This document shows positions 52,985 to 64,000 of a DNA stretch of 64,000 bases, in pieces. The DNA comes from Octopus sinensis. Taxonomy: Eukaryota. The stretch is taken from contig NC_043023.1 in assembly GCF_006345805.1 (NCBI RefSeq), forward strand, positions 15,624,001 through 15,688,000, written 5' to 3'. The notes under the pieces are model-generated. The model had not been told where the DNA came from. It was given only the letters and a program-made list of their open reading frames with translations, and ran no database searches. Position 1 is the first letter of the stretch. Every line of letters starts with the position of its first letter. Made by a program: the position numbers and the translations under genes.

Positions 52985-54026
52985 AGACAGGTTCCCCTAT
53001 TTTCTTCCATGTATCCATATTTATTATTGAAATATCACTTCCAGTATCGAACTGAAGTTTAATATTTATTCCAATCATTTTTATGTGTACAAATTTTCTT
53101 ATTTGGGAGTCGAATTTTGTTTCTTTTGAGAGCCCTCTAGGATCTTTAATGGTTGATCTTCAGAATTTAGTTCTGCAGTGTGAATTTCTGTATTTTCAGT
53201 TGTTGTAAGGCCTTTTACCAAAATAAGACACCTGAACATCTCAGGTGTAACTTCTTGAGTTTAAAATATTCATACATCCTGTCAATTGTTCCTGTGTATG
53301 TGATAAAATCACCATCCTCTTTTTTCATTATATTCCAAAACACCATCCAAGTGTTAGAGAAGTTTTATCACCGAATATGTTAGACAGTAATTCCATTGTT
53401 TCTTTAAAACAAATTTCATTGAGTTTTTTTGGGTAATATGAAATTAAAGTAATGTTCATACTCAGATGGGGCTCATTTATGTCATAATAACCTTACTTTT
53501 TCTGTGTCTGACCATGTCTTACAATCATCCTTAAAAATTACCTGCTGTAGTACAATGCAACAGTTATACCGTCCTCTGGGTTATAACTGAATTCATAGAG
53601 TCCAAAATGTACTTCCCTTATTTTTGGACTTCTTTGAATAAAGCTCCAATAATTGTTGTTGTTGTTGCCTTTGTCGTTGATTTTGCAACAGTTTTATAGA
53701 AGCTAATTAGTCTTCCATGATTTAACAATTTTGTATCACAAAAATTTGTTAACTGACCTGCAAGAGCTTCGAAACCCTCATCGCCAGATGTTGTAACATA
53801 ATTGTTCCGTACAATAAATAAGATAACCAGAAAATTGTAACAACAATCTAATGAACTAACAAATCTTTTAAGAACCAACATTCAATATTCCTTAGGAAGT
53901 AAACCAAGCGACACCTTCCGACTTCACTTGACTCTGAACCGCGAACCCACTCAGATCGTTACTATTTATACTTAACTCGAACCAGTCTATCTCTCACAAG
54001 GGGACATGGTAACTCTCATCACAACA
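52985..54026 (-). mobile_element. Gypsy LTR (53789-54026) plus gag-protease remnant, mirror copy
   Basis: Reverse complement of 41433-42490. Confidence 0.72.
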
Positions 54027-54682
54027 GGTGCCATTCTAACCAGATGCCCATCATAAATCCCTGCTTGGTGTCTGGTAAGAACAAAACCATGAAAACCTGC
54101 TCTACAGAATGATTTAGCAAAAAATAAGTATGATGATAATCCCTTGCATGGGTTGAGCGGGGATGTGCTTGAACCATAGGTAGAGTGGGGCATTAGGCTC
54201 TTGAAAAATATTTCCCTCTCTACACCCAAAACTGTAACAAACAGCAATAAGCCTCCAGCTAGTGCCAGAATATGTGGGCAGTAGCACAAAGGGTGCAGAT
54301 CCTGGGATCCCTGAGTGTGCCCAGCAGAGGATAACTGATCATGGCTGGGAACTGGAGTGTAATACATTTGTGTCAAAATAATATATCCACAAGAAAATAG
54401 AGCAAATTAATATAATCAATATTGTTTGAATAAAAAACACACATCGTAATTAGTGAGTTGATGCAAATGAGGAAAATGTGAAAAATGAATTTATTTTGTA
54501 AAAAGTAATACATTTGCAGTATTTTATTCAGCAGGACATCTGTTTTATCATTGATATTGTTATTGATCAATATGAATAAGTATATGTTTAGTTAAGGTAG
54601 ATTATTGAGAGAATGATTTAGCACAGATTACACAGTCATAAGAATCTTCTCCTGTATGAATATGTTTGTGTTTAGTTTATTA

Positions 54683-54793
<111 letters not shown>

Positions 54794-54967
54794 TCAGGTA
54801 TCACAGCAATCGAGTTTCTCTCCTGTATGAATACGTTTATAAGTATATACAGCATATTCACAATAGAATGATTTGCTGCAGACATCACAGTCACATAGTT
54901 TCTCTCCAGTATGAGCAGACTTGTAATTAATTAAATAATTTCTTAAACGGAATAATTTACTGCAGTG

Positions 54968-56356
54968 CTATGGTTTGTCCCCTGTATTAATGCATTTGTG
55001 TCCATTTAAGTACCTTTTTTGAGAGAATGATTTACCACAGATATAGCACCGATATGGTTTCTCACCTGTATGAACTGATTTGTGATATGTAAGGTGACCT
55101 TTTTGAGAGAATGATTTACCACAAATATCACATTTATATGGTTTCTCTCCTGTATGAGTGTATTTGTGATAAGTAAGGCCTCTCCTTCGAATGAACGATT
55201 TACCACAAATATCACAGGGATATGGCCTCTCATGAGCATGAATGAGTTCGTGAGTAGTTAAATGACTTTTTGATGAAAAGGATTCATCACAGATATCACA
55301 CTGATATGGTTTCTCACCTGTATGAACTGATTTGTGAGTAGTAAGGTTACATTTTTGAGAGAATGATTTACCACAAATATCGCAGTGATGTGGCTTCTCA
55401 CGTGTATGTCCACGTTTGTGAGTAGTTAAATGACTTTTTAATGAAAAAGATTTATCACAGATATCACACTGATATTGTTTCTCACCTGTATGAACTGATT
55501 TGTGATAAGTAAGGTGACCTTTTTGAGAGAATGATTTACCACAAATATCACATTTATATGGTTTCTCTCCTGTATGAGTGTATTTGTGATAAGTAAGGCC
55601 GTTCCTTCGAGTGAATGATTTACCACAAATATCACAGGGATATGGCCTCTCATGAGCATGAGGGAGTTTGTGAGTAGTTAAATGACTTTTTGATGAAAAA
55701 GATTTATCACAGATATCACAGTGATATCGTTTCTCTCCTGTATGAATGTATTTGTGTCTAGTAAGGTGACTTTTTGATGAAAATGATTTACCACAAATAT
55801 CACACTGATATGGTTTCTCTCCAGTATGAACGGAATTGTGAGAAGTAAGGCGACTTCTTTGAGAGAATGATTTACCACAAATATCACACCGATATGGTTT
55901 CTCACCTGTATGAATGTATTTGTGAGAATAAAGGCTACTTTTTTGAGAGAATGATTTACCACAAACATCACACTGATGTGGTTTCTCTCCTGTATGAATG
56001 TGTTTGTGAGAATCAAGGCTACTCGCATGACAGAATGATTTACCGCAAATATCACAGTGATATGGTTTCTCTCCTGTATGAATGGCTTTGTGTTTAGTAA
56101 GGTTATATTTTTTAGAGAATGATTTACCACAGATATCACAGTGATATGGTTTCTCTCCAGTATGAGTGTATTTGTGATGAGTAAGGTGACTTTTTTGAGA
56201 GAATGATTTACCACAGATATCACAATGATATTGTTTCCCCCCTGCATGAATGAATTTGTGAACAGTGAGATGTCCCTTATTAGAAAAAGTCTTTTTACAG
56301 ATATCACATTGGTCTGATAACTTTTCTCTTTCTTTTAACATCTCCAGACTACTCAT
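54968..56356 (-). CDS. C2H2 zinc-finger protein ZNF-6, 16 finger repeats, intact ORF
   Basis: 462 aa = 14 + 16 x 28; the last repeat has the second His replaced by Asn. Confidence 0.93.
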   Translation of the reverse strand: MSSLEMLKEREKLSDQCDICKKTFSNKGHLTVHKFIHAGGKQYHCDICGKSFSQKSHLTHHKYTHTGEKPYHCDICGKSFSKKYNLTKHKAIHTGEKPYHCDICGKSFCHASSLDSHKHIHTGEKPHQCDVCGKSFSQKSSLYSHKYIHTGEKPYRCDICGKSFSQRSRLTSHNSVHTGEKPYQCDICGKSFSSKSHLTRHKYIHTGEKRYHCDICDKSFSSKSHLTTHKLPHAHERPYPCDICGKSFTRRNGLTYHKYTHTGEKPYKCDICGKSFSQKGHLTYHKSVHTGEKQYQCDICDKSFSLKSHLTTHKRGHTREKPHHCDICGKSFSQKCNLTTHKSVHTGEKPYQCDICDESFSSKSHLTTHELIHAHERPYPCDICGKSFIRRRGLTYHKYTHTGEKPYKCDICGKSFSQKGHLTYHKSVHTGEKPYRCYICGKSFSQKRYLNGHKCINTGDKP

Positions 56357-56804
56357 TATTGTTCTGTAGTATACAGACAGAAAATATATTTTCCCTTTCT
56401 TCTTTATATATATCTTCTACAGCAAATCTGATCTTGAATATCTGAAAATGATACAAACACCTTTCCAGATTTTCTCACATTCAAACTGAATGTGAAATAC
56501 TTTTGTAAATATTCCTGGCAATGAGGAAAACAAATGTTGCTATTAATTCAGAAGAAATATTTCACCGTTATTCACCAGAGATATATTATATAAACAGAGT
56601 TATTATCTATTATTTATAACGGCTGACATTCGTTTTTAAAACATGATCAATATTCATGATGTATCTCACGTAAAACTCCTTTATACGAGTATCTGAAATG
56701 ACACAGAAACAGTAGAAGATATAAGACTTTAAAAAGCAAAGGTTTAACAATAAAAATTATAACTACATTTTCATAATGATAAACTGTGGATATAAACTGT
56801 TGCC

Positions 56805-57900
56805 CGAAGAAATTACACTTTAAAATGATACTCATGACACAAGACATTACTTTCGTCTATAATGACCTGAGTCATAAATCTAATACTTTCTCTAGTTTAG
56901 TTTCAATGCACCCAAACAAACAAAAGGAAAAGCTGTGTAAATAACGGACAGAGTCAAAACTATTGAAAAGGTTGCAAGACGCAAAGAAAATTTTAGGAAA
57001 AAAGTAAATAAGTAAGAAATAACTGCAAAATTTTACCGATGAGTGTGTTAAGTTATAAGGCATCAACCACAGTGAAAATTTTGTTGATCCGACAAATGCG
57101 TCGGTGCACATACAGACGATAGAGAGATTGTGGGGGTCAGTTAAGAGATCAGTTGTTCGCCCAGGCATTCGTGCCTGTTACTTAAAGCAATACCTCTCCA
57201 AGTTCCTATTTATGGAAAGCATCAAACCTGCTGCCAAGAGAATACACGTATTCTTATTGGCAGCAGCAAGTCTTTATCCTGGCCCGAGATAATTTTTTCC
57301 TCCAACCCATCTCATTTCTTTATCATCACTGTCGATGGACCACTCAAAGAGGTATGTATACATTATCATTTTCGTAACATAATTTCTGTAGTATTTCAAG
57401 ATGTTTCTGACACGTATTTTGATTCATATGGCGGAGATCCAACATTTCTTCACTTTTTCCAGAATTTCTTTTCTTTTTTTTTTTTTTTTTTGCGAAATAT
57501 GTACTAAAATACGGAGTTTATGATTCATGTGTGAGTGTGTGTTCTTGATACTCGTTCAGAACACGTAGTTTTACACCAATTACACTATTTTTTCTTAGTT
57601 TAAAGACCGTGGACTGAAGGTGTAAATTTTCCGAGGCTTCTCCCCCACCCCCCTTTCGCGAGTGCGCATTTTGTTAGTCATATTCGTTTAGAGCAAGTTG
57701 TTTTACACATATTACACTATTTTTTTTTTTTTGTTTTGGTGCCCGGGTCAGCCCCTCAGACGCTTTCGGAAATTCCCGATGTGAATTCTCCGAGGCCTCT
57801 CCCCCACTCCCCTTTCGCGTGCGCGCATTTTTTTTTATCATATTCGTTCAGAGGAAGTTGTTTTTTGTTTCTTTGAATGGTGTAACGCTTTAGTTTAACC
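56805..57900 (+). mobile_element. Merlin/IS1595-type remnant, mirror copy
   Basis: GINHSENFVDPTNASVHIQTIERLWGSVKR; ends ctttagtttaacc at 57900, followed by gttaattc. Confidence 0.75.
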
Positions 57901-58581
57901 GTTAATTCTATTCGCCAATAAATGTCTTTAATTAAGCCAAGAAATTTGGATTTTACTTGGCATGGCCATGAAAAAGCACCAAATTTTTAGCTTTTTTTTT
58001 TATTACAGTAGATATTCCATTTGCTGACTGTGTCGATTCAAAGCCGTCTATTGATTTATCATAGAGGTATTATTTGCTAAACATCTATATTTGCTGTTCC
58101 TGTCGAAATAATCCACGTTAATTACGTCTGATTTTTGCTCCTGTGAATAATCTGCAATCTAATAAAACAGAAATAGCTGACTGCAACATGAGGCCAGTGG
58201 TACCGCGATGATAAAACAAGATACACCTTTTCGTAGACAGAATCAGCAAATGGCTTAAACTTGAAAAGAAACGAATACACAAACGTATTTATGATCCAGA
58301 CCTTCAACACATGTGAATGCAGAATTTCTTTAAAAGATTTACATTATTAATAAGGTTACAGAAGGAAAAGTCGTGGTGGGTTAGTGTTTAAATTATACTT
58401 GTTTGATGTATTCTAAAAGTCAGGACAGTCGGGAACACAAGCGAACTTCATTAAGAGGTCTGCTCAGTCAGGGGTGACCATGGGCTAAACAACAGTGACT
58501 TGCCACGTTTCTGAAGATAGTAGAATATTATTGTCCACCGTTTTGTAGTTTAACATTTCCCATAATATCTGAAGGTGGAGG

Positions 58582-58698
58582 GGTTAAACTAAAGCGTTAC
58601 ACCATTCAAAGAAACAAAAAAAAAAATGTGTGTAATAGGTGTAACACAAGCCAATGTGGTTAGCCATGGATGGCTTCTAAACTTCCTTTAGTTTAACC
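58582..58698. mobile_element. 117-bp two-ended deletion derivative of the Merlin-like element
   Basis: GGTTAAACTAAAG at 58582 and CTTTAGTTTAACC ending at 58698 (13-bp TIR), then GAATTAAC. Confidence 0.7.
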
Positions 58699-59090
58699 GA
58701 ATTAACATCGATGTCAAACTAGCAACTTTTAAAACTTTTTACTTTTCTTTGGAGTTTCGAATTAGCCAGGTTAATCGGCTTCTGCTAAAAAATAAGATAT
58801 ATATTACATCTTACCTGTTTTGATAAATAGATCATATGTTACGATAATTAGATTAATGTGAATTAATGTTAATTACACAAAAGAGCAATTAACGGGAATA
58901 TAGTTTAAAGACACTTTAAAAGTCGGCATGGAAAGTCAACGAAACGAACTAAAATATCCTGATGTTGTATACCTCGTATTACTACACATTTGTCGGATGA
59001 TAAAACTGAGTTGGTAAATTTTTAATGTTTTATTATTGCTATAATTACTATTTAAAATTTTGAATTGTAAGAAAAAATCCAAATGATGAT
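58699..59090 (-). promoter_or_regulatory. ZNF-cassette promoter, exon 1 and donor (minus strand)
   Basis: Inr-like ttagttcgtttcgttgac at 58952-58935; donor cag|gtaag at 58815|58814. The intron start continues the sequence broken at 37754. Confidence 0.65.
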
Positions 59091-59455
59091 AAAAGATACG
59101 AAACTAAAGCTTATCTTCCAGTCGATTGCTACTTTTACGCTGTTCTGTCGTCGAACCCGTAAGTTACAGGGACGGAAAGAAACGAATACAGCTTATCAGA
59201 GTGATGTTGGATGAGGATAGGGGGAAAGATGCAGGCATCAGTGTTCGAAAACCATTGTTGGTTTGTTTATATTCCAGTAACGTATTTGTGCAATGGGCGG
59301 GGGTAAAGAATACGCACACCACCCGTTTACGGTGTAAGCCTAACCCATGCGTCGCAGGAGGCGGAAGAGGTCAAGCAGGACGCACGTGTGGTCATCGACG
59401 AAGGGACAGTTCGAGCAGAGATGAGAAATCGCACGTTGACGTCGTTTGTGTTTTT

Positions 59456-62324
59456 GGTACTTGTCTATTGTCGTGGTCCCGGTTTCGCACACGCGAATTC
59501 GCGCGCCAGACGTAGGTACTCGATACTCAAGATCCTACGAGGTGACTTGCGCATGCGCAGTGCAGAATTCGCGCATGCGCGTTAACGCCCCCCCCAAAAA
59601 AGGTGTTGGATTTCACTAAAAATATATATGTGTGTGTGTGTGTGTATATATAACATTTTCAATTTTACACAAAAAAATTACATAGTCGCTTTCCTCGCGG
59701 ATTTACAGATAAATGAATTAATTACTATTTTACAGAATAAAATTAATGAATTAATTATATAAATTAAATAATTCTTGAAAATTAATTAATATCAATAATA
59801 TTTTTTGAACAAAGTAAATAATTTATAAAACTTGGTTAATAATTTTTTTTACACAAACGCGAACGTATATAATTTGTGAAACTTTTTTTTTTTTTACAGA
59901 CGTATATAATTTGGTAAACTTAATGAATTAATTTCTTATCATCATCATCATCGTTTAACGTCCGTTCTCCATGCCAGCATGGGTTGGACGGTTCGACCGG
60001 GGATCTGGGAAGCCAGAAGGCTGCACCAGACTCCAGTCTTATCTGGCAATGTTTCTACAGCTGGATGCCCTTCCTAACGCCAACCACTCCGAGAGTGTAG
60101 TGGGTGCTTTTTACATGCCACCCGCACAGGTGCCAGGCGAGGCTGGCAACGGCCACGGTCGGATTGGTGCCAGTCGAGGCGGCTCTGGCATCGGCCACGA
60201 TTCGGATAGTGCTTTTTACGTACCACCAGTCCAGGGGTCCTGGCATTTGCCGGGTGTCACACTTGCCCCAATATGTCTTCGCAAGCAAAGGGGGTTGGCA
60301 TGGGTGCCTGTCGTGGGATGAGGTTCGATATCAACTTCGCTTGCCTCAACAGGTCTTTGTGTATAAATGTATAAATTTTTCGCACTAAATTCTTTCCGTA
60401 GAATTTATCAAAAAACGCGCAAAATTATTCCGTAGAATTTATCAAATTAAAAAACGCAAAATTAATATATTTTTTGAAATTGCAAATTATTTAGAATATA
60501 AAACAAATGAAGTTAAATTTTAAAAATAAATGTCATATACTTATACTCTGTAAGGTGCTGTGTTCACACTTCAATTTACTATTTTCTAGAAATGTTGCTT
60601 TTCTAATTGAAACAATTTTTCTCAATCTCCATTTAAAAGTCCATCATGTCTCTTGAGACATATCAAAATGAACAACTTTGAATTACGCGGCGGCGGTGGT
60701 GGTGTGAGGTTCTAATTTTTTTTTCTGATCTCTCTTTGCCCCCTCTTTATCTCAGTTGTTCATTCCGCTAATATTTAGAAAAATTTTCGCGCCCAATTTT
60801 TGTTGTCGCGGGAAAAGATGAACGATTTAAAATAAATATATCTTAATTGTAGTGTGAGAAAGTATATATATTCTGATGACAAAATATATTATCTTTCAAA
60901 AACATCCCAAATTTATAGACTATATCGTGTAGGTTTAAGAAATATATATATATATATAGATATATATATATATACATATATAGTAGAGAATGAAACATCT
61001 TTCATCTGTCTCCCCACCACACCTCCATCTAGGGGGGCAAAGAGAGATCAGAAAAAAAAATTAGAACCTCACACCACCACCGCCGCCGCGTAATTCAAAG
61101 TTGTTCATTTTGATATGTCTCAAGAGACATGATGGACTTTTAAATGGAGATTGAGAAAAATTGTTTCAATTAGAAAAGCAACATTTCTAGAAAATAGTAA
61201 ATTGAAGTGTGAACACAGCACCTTACAGAGTATAAGTATATGACATTTATTTTTAAAATTTAACTTCATTTGTTTTATATTCTAAATAATTTGCAATTTC
61301 AAAAAATATATTAATTTTGCGTTTTTTAATTTGATAAATTCTACGGAATAATTTTGCGCGTTTTTTGATAAATTCTACGGAAAGAATTTAGTGCGAAAAA
61401 TTTATACATTTATACACAAAGACCTGTTGAGGCAAGCGAAGTTGATATCGAACCTCATCCCACGACAGGCACCCATGCCAACCCCCTTTGCTTGCGAAGA
61501 CATGTTGGGGCAAGTGTGACACCCGGAAAATGCCAGGACCCCTGGACTGGTGGTACGTAAAAAGCACTATCCGAATCGTGGCCGATGCCAGAGCCGCCTC
61601 GACTGGCACCAATCCGACCGTGGCCGTTGCCAGCCTCGCCTGGCACCTGTGCGGGTGGCATGTAAAAAGCACCCACTACACTCTCGGAGTGGTTGGCGTT
61701 AGGAAGGGCATCCAGCTGTAGAAACATTGCCAGATAAGACTGGAGTCTGGTGCAGCCTTCTGGCTTCCCAGATCCCCGGTCGAACCGTCCAACCCATGCT
61801 GGCATGGAGAACGGACGTTAAACGATGATGATGATGATAAGAAATTAATTCATTAAGTTTACCAAATTATATACGTCTGTAAAAAAAAAAAAAGTTTCAC
61901 AAATTATATACGTTCGCGTTTGTGTAAAAAAAATTATTAACCAAGTTTTATAAATTATTTACTTTGTTCAAAAAATATTATTAATATTAATTAATTTTCA
62001 AGAATTATTTAATTTATATAATTAATTCATTAATTTTATTCTGTAAAATAGTAATTAATTCATTTATCTGTAAATCCGCGAGGAAAGCGACTATGTAATT
62101 TTTTTGTGTAAAATTGAAAATGTTATATATACACACACACACACACACATATATATTTTTAGTGAAATCCAACACCTTTTTTGGGGGGGGTGCATTAACG
62201 CGCATGCGCGAATTCTGCACTGCGCATGCGCAAGTCACCTCGTAGGATCTCGAGTATCGAGTACCTACGTCTGGCGCGCGAATTCGCGTGTGCGAAACCG
62301 GGACCACGACAATAGACAAGTACC
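59456..62324. mobile_element. Foldback-like element, 2869 bp, with about 1.29-kb inverted arms and an 8-bp TSD
   Basis: GTGTTTTT|GGTAC...GTACC|GTGTTTTT; arms 59456-60743 and 61033-62324; spacer about 290 bp. Confidence 0.85.
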
Positions 62325-62496
62325 GTGTTTTTTTTACGCTCGTGAAATTTGGTAAAAAAGAACAAAAAGTGAGTGGGAAAATTGTTGTTGTTGTGGAATT
62401 TTGTACGTTTGTTGATGCGGTTTCGCGTTACACTGGTTCTATGCGTTGCACTGTTTCTGTTCGGGCGGCCGTTTTCGGTTTGTCAGACGGAGGGAG

Positions 62497-63591
62497 ATGG
62501 ACGACCACTCCCTAGTGGAGGAGTCGGAGGAAGAATGGATATTTGAGAACTTGTCGGAGACATCGACCTCTGAAGACGAGCAAATCGGTGATGTAAATAA
62601 TGTGGAGATAAAAAACAGGAAAACGTACGCAGGAGTTGCAAAAAAGAAGACGGTAGAGGAAAAGGAAATAAACCTAGAAAAATTGCCAGGTTTCCAGAGG
62701 TATATGAGGAAGGACAGCGGTGAGGTGGAACTAACACCACCACCAAAGAGAAAAGAATGGTTGGAGAAAAGGACCATCATATACAGGGTATTCGCAAGCG
62801 GAACGAAAAAGATAGAAGTGGTGAATATGGAGTGGATAAATGAGGCGCTAAGAAGAACGGAAGAGGAAATCGAATTTCTGTCGAGAGGTTCAAAATATGG
62901 TACTGTAGTAGTACAGTTCAAAAGTGAGAAGGCAGCAAGGAAGATGGCGGCGAAGGCGGTGAAATCCGAGAAGGTAATACTTTTGCCTACGTATTTAAAT
63001 AGAAAAATCACAAGAGTAAGGGTCGAGGGAATAGCCCCAAACGTTGAAGCCGAGTGGATTGTGGCGGCTATAATTAGCGGCCACGAGGATGAAGTGGACA
63101 TCCTCCATGCCTCGGTTAAGACCGAGGGCTGGAGAGGCGTGACAGTGGAACTAAATGTGCAGGCAGAGAACGATGTACTGGTGGACCTAACAAAAAACAT
63201 CAGATTGGGAGACGTGATCATGAGAGTGTGGGTGGAGGGCAGGGCGCCCAGGTGCTATAAGTGTGGCCTGAGGGGTCACATAAGAGCCTACTGCCCTCCC
63301 CCACAAAAAGAAACAGTGATCCAGGAAGAGGAGGAAACGGAGCCGGAAAAAGTTGAAGCGGAAGAACCTGAGGAGGAGAAGGAAATCCAAACTGAGTGGG
63401 AAGACGTACGGAAAAAAAGAAAAAGAAAGAAAGTGAACTTTATTGAATCCCAATCCACCCCAACACCACCCGCACCCTCTGAGCCCCATCCTTCCCCTGC
63501 AAACAAAGAGCCCACCCATTCCCCACCTACAAGAAAACCTAAAAACACAGACACACAGATGATACAAGAGCCCATACTTTATGTTTTATAA
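62497..63591 (+). CDS. Gag-like ORF1 with a single CCHC zinc knuckle (non-LTR, Tx1/L1-like)
   Basis: CYKCGLRGHIRAYC (CX2CX4HX4C), acidic N-terminus and basic KKRKRKK segment; first ATG at 62497. No RT follows within the window. Confidence 0.65.
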   Translation: MDDHSLVEESEEEWIFENLSETSTSEDEQIGDVNNVEIKNRKTYAGVAKKKTVEEKEINLEKLPGFQRYMRKDSGEVELTPPPKRKEWLEKRTIIYRVFASGTKKIEVVNMEWINEALRRTEEEIEFLSRGSKYGTVVVQFKSEKAARKMAAKAVKSEKVILLPTYLNRKITRVRVEGIAPNVEAEWIVAAIISGHEDEVDILHASVKTEGWRGVTVELNVQAENDVLVDLTKNIRLGDVIMRVWVEGRAPRCYKCGLRGHIRAYCPPPQKETVIQEEEETEPEKVEAEEPEEEKEIQTEWEDVRKKRKRKKVNFIESQSTPTPPAPSEPHPSPANKEPTHSPPTRKPKNTDTQMIQEPILYVL

Positions 63592-64000
63592 AAAAGGAAG
63601 ACAATGTGAAGCCGACAAGTATCTTTGGTGAAAAATCATGGTATGAGGGAGAAGATGGAAGTTACATGGCGATGAAAGGTGAAATAATGGACGCAAGGAA
63701 GATTTTGTCGGAAAAAAAGGGTGTAGAAGCGATTGAGGTGGAATTTTCGGATGAGAAGATAAAAGAGTGTGAAGAGATATTTGAGATAGTATTAGGAAAG
63801 GAGGGGCTTTTGATTGGAGATGATAGGTGACGAAGGGTTGTGAAGGACAGGTAAGTGATGCTGGCGGATGGGGCCGTTAGCATCGCTTTCATATTACCAT
63901 TTTTTCATTTAAAATTCATTTTTCATATTATTAATTATAATGTTCTATGTCCCCAATGTTTTGTAATGTCCCCTCTGCATCGCCCCTTGTGGGTAATAAA

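Noticed and set aside
59971-60388. Short ORFs repeated in several places (e.g. 2703, 42637, 52578, 59971, 61455; also 1628 and 14012)
   Set aside because: They lie in SINE bodies or duplicated non-coding blocks; recurrence reflects the repeats, not coding constraint.

Overview
Eukaryotic, AT-rich genomic DNA, very likely from an octopus. This is inferred from the SINE families and the style of the KRAB-less C2H2 arrays; no search was run. The window is part of a tandem cluster of six C2H2 zinc-finger paralogs, named ZNF-1 to ZNF-6 here only. Three have intact ORFs (19, 10 and 16 fingers) and three are disrupted. Each gene appears to be built from one cassette: a conserved promoter plus non-coding exon 1 ending in AG|GTAAG, a TE-filled intron of about 2.1-2.5 kb, an invariant TTTCTGTGTCATTTCAG acceptor, and one large exon carrying a 5' UTR and the finger array. 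The spacers are packed with transposons: a 6.4-kb Helitron, several non-autonomous Helitrons, RTE and CR1-type LINEs, a Gypsy LTR remnant, SINEs, MITEs and Merlin/IS1595-type DNA elements. Main result: the first intron of ZNF-4 is split at an 8-bp target-site duplication (GAATTAAC) by about 21 kb bounded by Merlin-like termini. That segment holds an inverted duplication of another ZNF gene, and the duplication's outer breakpoint lands exactly on a transposon end. The only intact copy (ZNF-6) now lies downstream of the promoter and exon 1 that originally belonged to ZNF-4. A 100-N gap sits at the centre of the inversion, so an assembly contribution cannot be excluded. All coordinates were read by eye, and element boundaries without a clear terminus are approximate.
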